Part shown: piece after piece, positions 8,061 through 17,010 of the stretch
How positions within the stretch are numbered: the stretch's first letter is position 1
Layout: the number at the start of each line of letters is the position of its first letter
Source of the DNA: Candidatus Rothia avicola
Lineage (GTDB): Bacteria > Actinomycetota > Actinomycetes > Actinomycetales > Micrococcaceae
Direction of reading: 5' to 3'
DNA: 64,000 bases
Assembly: GCA_019115985.1 (NCBI GenBank)
Contig: DXCN01000020.1
Location: 2,605 to 66,604, forward strand
Translations under genes and position numbers: made by a program
The notes under the pieces: generated by a model
Database searches by the model: none
What the model was told of the DNA's origin: nothing
What the model saw: only the letters and a program-made list of their open reading frames with translations

Positions 8061-9767
8061 CTAGTTGTTTTTGGGTAGCGTCAGGACGTCCGTCAGGCCC
8101 AGTTCTGCGCAGAAGGCTTCGTCGTGGCTAACCACCAGCAGGGCACCCTCATAGGAGGCAAGCGCTTGCATCAGCCAGTCCACCGAGGCCATATCGAGGT
8201 TGTTGGTGGGCTCGTCCAGAATCAACAGCTGCGGTGCCGGGCTGGCCAAAAGGACGGTAGCCAGGGCCACCCGGAATCGCTCCCCGCCGGAGAGAACACC
8301 CACGGGCAGGTGCACCCGTTCCCGGCGGAAGAGCAGCCGGGCCAGATCATCGCGGACCTGCTGCTCGGTCAGCGTCGGGTTGGCTGCCATGACCAGCTGC
8401 AGCATGCTCTGGTCCTGGGGGAGTGCCAGCCGTTGGGGCAGGTAACCGGTGTTCGCTACCCGGTAGTTGCAGGAGTAGCGGGCGGTTTCAGCAGCCTGAG
8501 AATCACCCATGATGGCCCTCAACAGTGTGCTCTTACCTGACCCGTTAGACCCGGCTAGCCGTAGGCGCTCCGGACCCTGGACAATCAGCCGCTCAGGCAG
8601 GGGAGTAGTAGCAGCCGCCCCGTCGTCCGCCTGCTCCTGCTCACCCTGGTGGGGGCTGGCGTCCGCACCGATACCCTGCCGCAGGGTGAGTTCCAGCACC
8701 CGTTTACCTGCTGGCACCCGGGTGTCGGGCAGGTCAAGGTAGATGGCCTGGTCCTCGCGGATATCCCGCTCCCGGGCCTGGCGGGTGGCAGTAGCAGCAT
8801 CTAGCCTACCCTGGTGGGTCTGCCGAACCTTAGCGGCCGACCGCTGGGCCGACGCCGCCGCCAGCCCCATCGACATACGCGAACCCCGCCGGTTAGCCTG
8901 GGCAGTCGCCCCAGCCCGGGCCGCGCGAGCCAGCTTGGTTTCTGCCTCGATGCGCTCCCGCTTTTCCTGTCGCTCAACCTGCTTGGCCTCGCGCAGGTGG
9001 CGGGCGGCGGCGTCCTGCTCGCTGTCGATGGCCTGCCGGTAGGTGCTGTAGTTACCGGTGAAAGAGCGCAGGGTTCCCTGCCTGAGTTCCAGCACTTCAT
9101 CGACCCGCTCTAGCAGGTCGCGGTCGTGGCTAACTACCAGCACGGGGCAAGGCAGGCTGTCTAGGAGCCGGTAGAGGGTGGCGCGGGCGTCGGTGTCGAG
9201 GTTGTTGGTGGGCTCATCGAGCAGCAGGACGCCGGGGCGCGAGGTAACTAGGGCCGTAAGGGCTGCGGTGACGGACTCGCCACCCGAGAGCGTACCGACG
9301 GTGCGCCGCATGAGGGCGCGGGCGTCGGTAGCGGCTAGGGCGGGGGAGAAGCCGGACGCGGCCAGGGCAGCCTGGGCTTGCTCAGCGGCATCCCAGTTAT
9401 CACCGATCCGGTCGTAGAGCTCTTCGGAGTAGTCGCCGGCTTCTAGCGCGGTGAGAGCATCGAGGACGTCGGTGATAGCGAAGAGGTCGGCAATGGTGGT
9501 CTGCGGGGTGAGCCCTAAATCCTGGGGCAGGTAGGCGACTGTGCCAGGCCGGCTGATGCTGCCTCTCGTTGGTTCTAGGGTGCCAGCTAGGAGCTTGAGC
9601 AGGGTTGATTTGCCGGCGCCGTTATCGCCAATGAGGGCTGTAACCGGGGCACTGACAGCGCCGGTGAGGTTTTCAAAGCAGGGGGTACCGTCGGGCCAAA
9701 TCAGGCTGAGGCTGTTAAAAGAAAGGTGGGGTTCAGATACGGAAATAGGCATGAGGGTGCAATCCAT
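8061..9767 (-). CDS. ABC-F family ATPase (two ABC domains, no membrane domain)
   Basis: Two Walker A sites (GDNGAGKST, GSNGSGKST), two LSGGE signatures, and an Arg/Ala-rich interdomain linker. The start may be the second ATG at 9752. Confidence 0.85.
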   Translation of the reverse strand: MDCTLMPISVSEPHLSFNSLSLIWPDGTPCFENLTGAVSAPVTALIGDNGAGKSTLLKLLAGTLEPTRGSISRPGTVAYLPQDLGLTPQTTIADLFAITDVLDALTALEAGDYSEELYDRIGDNWDAAEQAQAALAASGFSPALAATDARALMRRTVGTLSGGESVTAALTALVTSRPGVLLLDEPTNNLDTDARATLYRLLDSLPCPVLVVSHDRDLLERVDEVLELRQGTLRSFTGNYSTYRQAIDSEQDAAARHLREAKQVERQEKRERIEAETKLARAARAGATAQANRRGSRMSMGLAAASAQRSAAKVRQTHQGRLDAATATRQARERDIREDQAIYLDLPDTRVPAGKRVLELTLRQGIGADASPHQGEQEQADDGAAATTPLPERLIVQGPERLRLAGSNGSGKSTLLRAIMGDSQAAETARYSCNYRVANTGYLPQRLALPQDQSMLQLVMAANPTLTEQQVRDDLARLLFRRERVHLPVGVLSGGERFRVALATVLLASPAPQLLILDEPTNNLDMASVDWLMQALASYEGALLVVSHDEAFCAELGLTDVLTLPKNN

Positions 9768-10060
9768 TCAGCGTCAAAGAGATGAGGTGCTGAAAACCGC
9801 GGTGAAGGGTTTCAGCGTGGTCTAGAGAGTCGCTGAAAAATCCACTGGGGAGCCTTCCGTAGGGAACAAGAACTGGTGATTACTGTAGGGGAACGGGGCG
9901 GACGCTGTCAACGACTTCTGAAATTCAGCCAGTGCTACCGCTTTTTGTGAATGGACCAGAAAAGTGACGGTTGTATGTATTGAGATGAAGGAATTTGAGA
10001 GAAATCTGGTCCCAACTGAAAAGCGAGTAACCTTGTGCTCAAGTCCGGTAGTCTAGAACC

Positions 10061-10837
10061 ATGCGCATTGCCCGATTTACCGTAGACGATACCCTGCACT
10101 TTGGCCAGGTTGAAGGTGAGCCCGGGGAAGAGACCATCACCGTTCTCTCCGGCGACCCCTTCTACACCGGCATTAACCCCACCGATAAGCGATACCCCAT
10201 CAATGACGTCCGCCTGCTGGCCCCCATCATCCCCCGCTCCAAGGTCATTGGTGTGGCCCGCAACTGGCGCGACCACGCCTCCGAACTGGGCAACGAAACC
10301 CCCACCACCCCGCAGTTCTTCTTCAAGCCCAACACTTCCGTCATCGGCCCCGGCGACCCCATCGCCCTGCCCGAATGGTCAGATAACGTCTCCTTCGAAG
10401 GTGAGCTCGCCGTCGTCATCGGCCGCATCGCCAAGTCCGTGCCCCTGGGTCGCGTGCCCGAAGTTATCTACGGCTTCACCGTCGCCAACGACCTGACCGC
10501 CCGCGACGCCCAAAAAACCGACATCCAGTGGGCCCGCGCCAAGGGCTTCGACGGTGCCTGCCCCCTCGGCCCCTGGATCGAAACCGACCTGGACACCGAC
10601 GACCTCACCATCCAAACCTGGGTTGATGGCGACCTCAAGCAGGACGGCACTACCGCCGACATGGTCTTCTCCGTTGCCGAACTCGTCGCCGCCGCCAGTG
10701 AATACTTCACCCTGCTGCCCGGCGACGTGATTCTCACCGGTACTCCCGCAGGGGTAGGACGCCTGAGCGCAGGTAATGAGGTCGAGATTGAGGTTGAGGG
10801 GATCGGCTCCCTCATCAACACCGTCCGTGCCGAGTAA
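10061..10837 (+). CDS. Fumarylacetoacetate hydrolase (FAH) family protein
   Basis: 258-aa ORF with the FAH-fold pattern ([35 protein letters not shown]). Conserved neighbour upstream of gltX in actinomycetes. Confidence 0.85.
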   Translation: MRIARFTVDDTLHFGQVEGEPGEETITVLSGDPFYTGINPTDKRYPINDVRLLAPIIPRSKVIGVARNWRDHASELGNETPTTPQFFFKPNTSVIGPGDPIALPEWSDNVSFEGELAVVIGRIAKSVPLGRVPEVIYGFTVANDLTARDAQKTDIQWARAKGFDGACPLGPWIETDLDTDDLTIQTWVDGDLKQDGTTADMVFSVAELVAAASEYFTLLPGDVILTGTPAGVGRLSAGNEVEIEVEGIGSLINTVRAE

Positions 10838-10886
10838 AATAGAACCTAGGAACAGCTTTCAACCAGAAAGGGATGTGCCCGCATCC

Positions 10887-12401
10887 ATGAGTGATTACGC
10901 TCTGAAACTCAACGACCCCAGCGAGACCCGCGTCCGCTTCTGCCCCTCACCCACCGGCACCCCGCATGTGGGTATGGTGCGAACCGCCCTCTTCAACTGG
11001 GCCTACGCCAAGCACACCGGCGGCACCATGGTCTTCCGCATCGAAGACACCGACGCCGCCCGCGACTCTGAAGAATCCTTCAACCAGGTGCTCGAATCCC
11101 TGCAGTGGCTGGGCATCAACTGGGATGAGGGCGTCGGCATCGGCGGCCCCCACGCCCCCTACCGCCAGTCAGAGCGTATGGATATCTACGCTGATGTGGT
11201 AGAAAAGCTCAAGGCCGGCGGCTTCATCTACGAAGATTTCTCAACCCCCGAAGAGGTTGAAGAGCGCCACAAGGCTAAGGGCGAAGACCCCAAGCTGGGC
11301 TACGACAACTTCGACCGTGACCTGACCGAAGAGCAGAAGGCCGCCTATCGGGCCGAAGGCCGTACCCCCGTGCTGCGCCTGCGCATGCCCGATGAGGACA
11401 TCACCTTCCATGACCTGGTGCGCGGTGACATCACCTTCAAGGCCGGTTCTGTACCCGACTTCGTGGTCGTCCGCGCCAACGGCAAGCCCCTCTACACCCT
11501 GGTCAACCCCGTTGACGACGCCCTCATGGGCATCACCCACGTGCTGCGTGGCGAGGATTTGCTGTCATCAACCCCCCGCCAGATTGCCCTTTACCGGGCC
11601 CTGGTCGAGGTTGGCGTCACCAGCTTCATCCCCGAATTCGGCCACCTGCCCTATGTTATGGGCCAGGGCAATAAGAAGCTTTCCAAGCGCGACCCCGAGT
11701 CCAGCCTCTACAACCTGCTGGACGCCGGTTTTATCAAGGAAGGCCTGCTCAACTACCTCTCCCTGCTGGGCTGGTCCCTCTCCCATGACGAAGACATCTT
11801 CACCATGGATCAGATGGTTGCCGCTTTCGACATCAAGGATGTTCTGGCAAACCCCGCCCGCTTCGACCTGAAGAAGGCAGAGGCCATCAACGGCACCCAC
11901 ATCCGTCTGCTGGAGGCAGAGGACTTCCGCAACCGCCTGGTTCCCTTCCTGCACAAGGCGCAGCTGGTCTCCGCTGAGAGCTTCGAGAGTCTGACCGAGC
12001 GTGAGCAGGCTATTCTGACCGAGGCAGCTCCTCTGGTGCAGGAGCGCATGCAGCTTTTGGGCGAGGCCCCCGGCCTGCTGGGCTTCCTCTTCACCGCAGA
12101 TGAGAACATCGAGGTTGCTGAGGACGCCGCCAAGCAGCTCAAGGAGTCAGCACCGGCAGTTCTTGACGCGGCTATTACCGCCGTTGAGGGCCTGACCGAC
12201 TTCACCGCCGCCACCATCGAAGCTGCCCTGCGCGAAGCTATCGTTGATGGCCTTGAGATCAAGCCCCGCCTGGCCTTCGGCCCGGTGCGCACCGCCATGA
12301 GCGGCCAGCGCATCTCACCGCCGCTCTTTGAGTCCATGGAGATTCTGGGCAAGGATTCCTCTCTTGCTCGCCTGAAGAAGCTCCGCGCTTCGCTGGCCTA
12401 A
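10887..12401 (+). CDS. gltX: Glutamate--tRNA ligase
   Basis: Begins [20 protein letters not shown] (HIGH motif) and carries the KLSKR (KMSKS) motif. The ORF-track start at 10776 overlaps the FAH gene and is rejected. Confidence 0.92.
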   Translation: MSDYALKLNDPSETRVRFCPSPTGTPHVGMVRTALFNWAYAKHTGGTMVFRIEDTDAARDSEESFNQVLESLQWLGINWDEGVGIGGPHAPYRQSERMDIYADVVEKLKAGGFIYEDFSTPEEVEERHKAKGEDPKLGYDNFDRDLTEEQKAAYRAEGRTPVLRLRMPDEDITFHDLVRGDITFKAGSVPDFVVVRANGKPLYTLVNPVDDALMGITHVLRGEDLLSSTPRQIALYRALVEVGVTSFIPEFGHLPYVMGQGNKKLSKRDPESSLYNLLDAGFIKEGLLNYLSLLGWSLSHDEDIFTMDQMVAAFDIKDVLANPARFDLKKAEAINGTHIRLLEAEDFRNRLVPFLHKAQLVSAESFESLTEREQAILTEAAPLVQERMQLLGEAPGLLGFLFTADENIEVAEDAAKQLKESAPAVLDAAITAVEGLTDFTAATIEAALREAIVDGLEIKPRLAFGPVRTAMSGQRISPPLFESMEILGKDSSLARLKKLRASLA

Positions 12402-12423
12402 AAAATTTCGAGGTTTAGCTCAC

Positions 12424-12471
12424 GCACTGCCCCGTGCCCCTACCTAGTGGGGGAGCGGGGCAGTGCTTTTT
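12424..12471 (+). terminator. Rho-independent terminator after gltX
   Basis: gcactgccccg / cggggcagtgc stem followed by ttttt. Confidence 0.8.
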
Positions 12472-12624
12472 ATAAGACCTGGGAGGGGAGAAAAGTGGGG
12501 AAATAGGACGCCCGCAACGGCTTTTCAGGAATTTTTACAAAAATTTTGGGGCCAAAAACCGCTAGAAATAAGGGTAAACACGGGGTGAACTGCTTGAATG
12601 TGAGCCAGCTCTATAGATTTCAAG

Positions 12625-12653
12625 TTGCACGCCCTCAAAAGCTCGTATAGAGT
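12625..12653 (+). promoter_or_regulatory. Candidate sigma-70-type promoter for the tRNA-Gln/tRNA-Glu unit
   Basis: TTGCAC-N17-TAGAGT about 55 nt upstream of tRNA-Gln, in an AT-rich spacer. Motif match only. Confidence 0.35.
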
Positions 12654-12709
12654 TATTACTCGTTGCGGCGATGAGTTCCGAAAGGAAAACACGCCGAAGC
12701 AAATAATAA

Positions 12710-12781
12710 TGGGATATGGTGTAATTGGCAACACTACGGTTTCTGGTACCGTCATTCTAGGTTCGAGTCCTGGTATCCCAG
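12710..12781 (+). tRNA. tRNA-Gln (anticodon CTG)
   Basis: Folded by hand into a 72-nt cloverleaf: acceptor TGGGATA/TATCCCA, anticodon arm ACGGT-TTCTGGT-ACCGT, T-loop TTCGAGT. No encoded CCA. Confidence 0.9.
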
Positions 12782-12806
12782 CGAACATCTTAGTTCAAGA
12801 TGTTAC

Positions 12807-12879
12807 GGCCCCATCGTATAGCGGCCTAGTACTCCGCCCTCTCACGGCGGCAACACCGGTTCAAATCCGGTTGGGGTCA
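12807..12879 (+). tRNA. tRNA-Glu (anticodon CTC), copy 1
   Basis: 73-nt cloverleaf: acceptor GGCCCCA/TGGGGTC, anticodon arm CCGCC-CTCTCAC-GGCGG, T-loop TTCAAAT. Confidence 0.9.
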
Positions 12880-12886
12880 CAGGCTA

Positions 12887-12922
12887 AAATCCCTCGCTTC
12901 ACTCGAAGCGGGGGATTTTTTC
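12887..12922 (+). terminator. Rho-independent terminator after tRNA-Glu copy 1
   Basis: aaatccctcgcttc / gaagcgggggattt stem followed by a T-run. Confidence 0.8.
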
Positions 12923-13013
12923 GTGTGCCTGAATGCAATATATTGCGGCGGGTGCCACATGTGCCACCATGTACCCGTGTTCTTAGAAATGGCGTAGATT
13001 ACACCCTTCCAGC

Positions 13014-13043
13014 TTGCGCACAGATGAACGGCGTGTGTATAGT
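13014..13043 (+). promoter_or_regulatory. Candidate promoter for the second tRNA-Glu
   Basis: TTGCGC-N18-TATAGT about 40 nt upstream of tRNA-Glu copy 2. Motif match only. Confidence 0.4.
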
Positions 13044-13084
13044 TTTATCTGTTGCCGGAAACGGCAGTAGCTCGAAAGAGTTTC

Positions 13085-13157
13085 GGCCCCATCGTATAGC
13101 GGCCTAGTACTCCGCCCTCTCACGGCGGCAACACCGGTTCAAATCCGGTTGGGGTCA
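13085..13157 (+). tRNA. tRNA-Glu (anticodon CTC), copy 2
   Basis: 73/73 identical to 12807..12879. Identity extends about 10 nt into the 3' trailer (caggctaaaa). Confidence 0.9.
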
Positions 13158-13163
13158 CAGGCT

Positions 13164-13201
13164 AAAAGCTCCACATCCAGTTGGATGTGGAGCTTTTCTT
13201 T
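13164..13201 (+). terminator. Rho-independent terminator after tRNA-Glu copy 2
   Basis: aaaagctccacatcc / ggatgtggagctttt stem with a T-rich tail. Confidence 0.85.
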
Positions 13202-13264
13202 TGCCCACAGCGTCATCGGCTACCAAGCCCCGCGCGCTTCGCTAAACATGCGAGAATAGGGTAC

Positions 13265-15058
13265 GTGCACAACGAATCGATTACTCCCGCTCTCACCGCA
13301 GTTCGCGATGCCCGCAATACCCTCGCTGCGGCGTCCTTCCCCCTGGTTACCGGCTCTGCCGACACAGCGCGCAAGGAGGCGCGGACCGCCGTCACCCAGC
13401 TCGATGACTACATCCTGCCTAAGCTGGCTACCCTCGATGCCCCGCTGACCGTCGTGGTGGGTGGCTCTACCGGAGCCGGCAAGTCCACCCTGGTCAATAC
13501 CCTAATGGGGGAGCCCGTCACCCGCTCCGGCGCGATCCGCCCCACCACCCGCCAGCCCGTCCTGCTGCACCGCCCCGAAGATGCTGACGCCTTCACCCCC
13601 GAGCGTATGCTGCCCCACCTGGTGCGGGTTCCGGTAGCCCCCGGCGAAGCCCTACCCGGTGCTAACCCCCACAAGGGCCAGGACGAGCTGGTCACCGTAC
13701 CCGTCGACTCCCTGCCCGCCGGGATCGCCCTGATCGACGCTCCCGACTTTGACTCGGTCTCAGATGAGAACCGCCGTCTGGCCCAGCAGCTTTTGCGCGC
13801 TGCCGACCTCTGGCTGTTTGTCACCACCGCTAACCGCTACGCCGATGCCGTGCCCTGGGAGATTCTGCGCCAGGCCGCTGCCCGCGATATCACCATCGCC
13901 GTGGTGCTCAACCGCGTGCCCGAGGGCGCCGAGGACGAAATCGAAGCCGACCTCACCCGCATGCTGACCGAAGCTGGCATCACTCCCGCCCTGATTCACT
14001 CTGTGACCGAGCAGGAACGCGACGAACGCGGCCTGCTGCCCTCCGTCGCCCTCACCCCCCTGATTTTCTGGCTGCGCTCCCTGGGTGCCGACGCGGACGC
14101 CCGCTCCGATATTGCCCGCCGCACCCTAGAAGGCGCGGTGCGGGCGGTAGGGCAGCAGGCAGCTCTTCTCGCCCAGGCTGCTGGTGAACAGCAGGACGCC
14201 GAAGCCCGCCTGCGCGCGGACGTCACCTCAGCCTTTGAGCGAGCCCTGGCCAACCTGAACGAGGCTACCCAGGACGGGCAGATGCTCCGTGGCGAGGTGC
14301 TGACCCGCTGGCAGGACTTTGTGGGTACCGGCGAATTCTTCCGCCAGGTAGAAACCACAATCGGTAAGGTGCGCGATCGCGTCGCCGGCTTCTTCAGGGG
14401 TACCCCGCCTACCCGTGCCGTAGAGGTGGAACAGGCTCTTGAAGTGGGTCTGCACTCGGTCATCATGGAAGAGGCTGCTGCCGCTGCCGAAACCGCCCAG
14501 CGCCGCTGGCTCGAAGACCGAGCCGGGCGCGCCCTACTGGCCGGGGATGACCTGGCAGCCCTGAGTGAGGACTTCCCGGAAGAGGTCGCCGAATCAATTC
14601 GAGCCTGGCAACAGGACGTCATGGACATCATCGCTGCCGAAGGCGCCGGTAAACGCCAGCGGGCCCGTTTCATGTCGCTGGGCGTGAACGTCACCGCCGT
14701 GATTCTGATGGTGGCTGTCTTCTCCATGACCGGCGGTCTCACCGGCCTAGAAGTGGGTATCGCCGGTGGCTCGGGCGTAGTGGGCCAGAAACTGCTTGAA
14801 GCAATTTTTGGTGAGGACGCCGTACGCCGCATGGCAGCCGGGGCCCGCACCCGCCTCGAAGAGCGTATGCGAGAACTCCTTATCAGCCAGCAAGAACGCT
14901 TTACCCAGCGCCTGGATGAGGTAAGCGGCAGCAGAGATCCCGAGACCCCCTCAGCTGCCGACCTGACCGAAGCGGCCCAGATTCTGACCCGCGCGGGGGA
15001 GCAGCTGGCGTCCGCCTCCACCGCAGCTACCCCCGTACCCACTGCTGAGACCAAGTAA
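13265..15058 (+). CDS. Dynamin-like / HSR1-type GTPase with C-terminal membrane hairpin (first of a pair)
   Basis: P-loop GGSTGAGKSTLVN, followed by LIDAPDFDS and VVLNRVPEG. Long helical middle region. Hydrophobic stretch LGVNVTAVILMVAVFSMTGGLTGLEVGIAGG. The ORF-track start at 13181 lies inside the tRNA terminator, so GTG at 13265 is preferred. Start uncertain. Confidence 0.7.
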   Translation: MHNESITPALTAVRDARNTLAAASFPLVTGSADTARKEARTAVTQLDDYILPKLATLDAPLTVVVGGSTGAGKSTLVNTLMGEPVTRSGAIRPTTRQPVLLHRPEDADAFTPERMLPHLVRVPVAPGEALPGANPHKGQDELVTVPVDSLPAGIALIDAPDFDSVSDENRRLAQQLLRAADLWLFVTTANRYADAVPWEILRQAAARDITIAVVLNRVPEGAEDEIEADLTRMLTEAGITPALIHSVTEQERDERGLLPSVALTPLIFWLRSLGADADARSDIARRTLEGAVRAVGQQAALLAQAAGEQQDAEARLRADVTSAFERALANLNEATQDGQMLRGEVLTRWQDFVGTGEFFRQVETTIGKVRDRVAGFFRGTPPTRAVEVEQALEVGLHSVIMEEAAAAAETAQRRWLEDRAGRALLAGDDLAALSEDFPEEVAESIRAWQQDVMDIIAAEGAGKRQRARFMSLGVNVTAVILMVAVFSMTGGLTGLEVGIAGGSGVVGQKLLEAIFGEDAVRRMAAGARTRLEERMRELLISQQERFTQRLDEVSGSRDPETPSAADLTEAAQILTRAGEQLASASTAATPVPTAETK

Positions 15059-15073
15059 GCGAGAGTAACCACC

Positions 15074-16789
15074 GTGACCACCGCAGATACAGCTTTCGCC
15101 ACCACTGCCCTGGCTACCCGACTGGCTGCCCTCACCGAGGCGCTTGACCTGGGCGAGGGGCGAGTAACCCCCGAAACCCTCGAAGCTGCCCGTGCAACCC
15201 TGGGCCGGGCAGCAGCCCGCCGGGAACTGTCTGCCGAGCACACCGTCATCGGCTTCTTCGGGGCCACCGGCTCGGGCAAGTCCACCCTCTTCAACGCGGT
15301 AGTTGGCAAAGACATCGCCAAGAGCGCGGCCCGCCGCCCCACCACCTCCACTGCCCAGGCCGCCATCTGGGGTAAGGACGGGGCAGAACCCCTGCTGGAC
15401 TGGCTGGGTGTAACCAACCGCACCTACATGGACGAAGACCCCGCCCAGGCTGCAGAAGCCCTCAACCGCGCCGATGTGCCGGTCACCGTGGGCATGTGGA
15501 ACAAGATTCGCCGCTCGGTAGGAGCCGGTAAGACCGAACAGGCCAGTGGCGGGCTCATCTTGCTCGATCTACCCGACTTTGATTCGGTAGAAGCCTCTAA
15601 CCGGGCTATCGTTGAAAAAATGGCCGAGTGTGTGGACGTGCTGGTCTGGGTCATGGACCCGCAAAAGTACGCCGACGCTGTAATTCACCAGGACTTCATC
15701 CAACCCCTGGCTGCCCACGGAGCAGTAACCCTGGCCGTGCTCAACCAGGTGGATAGGCTCGATGAGGCCGAGCTCCCGGCAGTACTTGACTCCCTCAAGC
15801 TCCTGCTGGCCCAGGACGGGCTGAGCTCCACCCTGCTCGCTGACCCCCTAGGCGTCTCAGCCCGCAGCGGCTACCAGATACCCCGCCTCCGCGAGATCCT
15901 CGGGCAGGTCGCCGTCGCCAAGAGCGCCGCGGTTGCCCGTCTTGAAGCCGATTTGGCGGGCGTCCGCTCAGACCTTGCTGCCCAGGACGGCGGGGGAGAG
16001 CCTGCCGGCATTACCGCCGCAGCAACCACCCGGCTTGAGGACGACTTCTACACCGCCTCGGGGGCAGAAGCCCTGGTCAAGGCCGCAGCGGATTCCTATA
16101 AGTTGCACGCGGCCTCGTCCACCGGCTGGATTGCAACCCGCTGGCTGCTCAAAATCAAACGCGACCCCCTCAAGCGCCTGGGCCTGCATAAGGACCACGA
16201 CGGAGCCCCTATCGCTAAGTCCTCCCTGCCGCCGCTGGGAGCCCCCCAGAAAGCGGCCCTCTCAACCTCCCTGCGCACCTTCGCCACGAGCGTCTCACAC
16301 GGCGTGGAAGAGCCCTGGAGCCATTCCATCAGGGCAGCGGCCCGCACCTTCGAGGGCCAGCTCCCCGGCGAGATCGAGCGCGCAGCAGCCACCGTGCACT
16401 ACGAGGCTCAGAAGAAGCGCTGGTGGTGGCACCTGCTCAATGCCCTGCAATGGGTCGGGCTGGCAACGGCTCTTGTGGGCCTGCTCTGGCTCACCGGCCT
16501 GGCAGTGGCAGGCTACTTCCAGCTTGTGCTGCCCGCCCCGCCCACCATCGAGGGCTTCCCCCTGCCCGTGCCCACCCTGCTCGTAGCTACCGGCATCCTA
16601 CTGGGTATACTCACCGCGGCCCTGGGCCGAGGGATAGCGGCAGTGGGGTACCGTATCTATGCCAAGAACATCCGCCGCCAGCTCGAAACAAACCTGGCAG
16701 ATGTGGCAGCCCGCTGCGTCACCGCCCCCGTGCAAGACGAACTAGCCCGCCTCCAGGGCTACCGCCAGGCCCTGCACGAGGCCCGATAA
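15074..16789 (+). CDS. Dynamin-like / HSR1-type GTPase with C-terminal transmembrane segments (second of a pair)
   Basis: P-loop GATGSGKSTLFNAVVG, then LLDLPDFDS and VLNQVDRL (NxxD G4). Two C-terminal hydrophobic helices (WVGLATALVGLLWLTGLAVAGYF, LLVATGILLGILTAALG). Begins 15 nt after the upstream paralogue. Confidence 0.7.
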   Translation: MTTADTAFATTALATRLAALTEALDLGEGRVTPETLEAARATLGRAAARRELSAEHTVIGFFGATGSGKSTLFNAVVGKDIAKSAARRPTTSTAQAAIWGKDGAEPLLDWLGVTNRTYMDEDPAQAAEALNRADVPVTVGMWNKIRRSVGAGKTEQASGGLILLDLPDFDSVEASNRAIVEKMAECVDVLVWVMDPQKYADAVIHQDFIQPLAAHGAVTLAVLNQVDRLDEAELPAVLDSLKLLLAQDGLSSTLLADPLGVSARSGYQIPRLREILGQVAVAKSAAVARLEADLAGVRSDLAAQDGGGEPAGITAAATTRLEDDFYTASGAEALVKAAADSYKLHAASSTGWIATRWLLKIKRDPLKRLGLHKDHDGAPIAKSSLPPLGAPQKAALSTSLRTFATSVSHGVEEPWSHSIRAAARTFEGQLPGEIERAAATVHYEAQKKRWWWHLLNALQWVGLATALVGLLWLTGLAVAGYFQLVLPAPPTIEGFPLPVPTLLVATGILLGILTAALGRGIAAVGYRIYAKNIRRQLETNLADVAARCVTAPVQDELARLQGYRQALHEAR

Positions 16790-16796
16790 AACAAAA

Positions 16797-16840
16797 ACTC
16801 CCCGCCCACTGAAACCGGTGAGCGGGGAGTTTCTGTATTT
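16797..16840 (+). terminator. Rho-independent terminator after the GTPase pair
   Basis: actccccgc / gcggggagt stem followed by ttctgtattt. Confidence 0.75.
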
Positions 16841-16853
16841 CAGCATCTTAGTA

Positions 16854-17002
16854 AGAGGCTTATTGAACGGGGTTTCGCAGGCTCGCGCTCGCTGCAGACC
16901 CTCTCACCTGGTTCGCTGACGCTCACTAGGTGATTCACGCCAGCCGCCGAGCCAGCAGCTTCGCTGCGAGCCTGCTTCACCCCAGACTTTGCATAAGCCT
17001 CT
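16854..17002. repeat. About 150-nt nested imperfect palindrome between convergent genes
   Basis: Three co-linear stems read from the sequence: agaggcttat (16854-63) / ataagcctct (16993-17002); ggggt (16869-73) / acccc (16979-83); gcaggctcgc (16877-86) / gcgagcctgc (16966-75). A symmetric ttc/ttc internal loop lies between the inner two. Confidence 0.6.
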
Positions 17003-17010
17003 CAGCAGCT

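Noticed and set aside
8061-9767. Interpreting the ABC-F protein as an antibiotic-resistance (ARE) determinant with a leader-peptide attenuator
   Set aside because: Housekeeping and resistance ABC-F subfamilies cannot be distinguished by eye. A small hairpin at about 9799-9826 exists upstream, but I could not identify a convincing leader ORF or SD.
10776-10886. N-terminal extensions proposed by the ORF track. This one is for gltX; the same issue applies to leuC 17847, murA 20109, thiL 26309, mutM 35931, smc 42036, ftsY 46942, xth 49619 and NUDIX 60548.
   Set aside because: The extensions overlap upstream genes or terminators, lack an SD, and precede the canonical family N-termini. Internal starts with SD-like sequences were preferred.
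12525-13107. ORFs of 87 aa (minus strand) and 160 aa (plus strand) overlapping the tRNA cluster
   Set aside because: They run through three hand-folded tRNA genes and their terminators, with no SD and no motif. They are artefacts of ORF calling in an RNA-gene region.
13996-15423. 475-aa ORF antisense to the two GTPase genes
   Set aside because: Arg/Ser/Ala/Pro-rich composition is typical of shadow frames in high-GC DNA. It spans the boundary of two well-supported sense genes and carries no motif.
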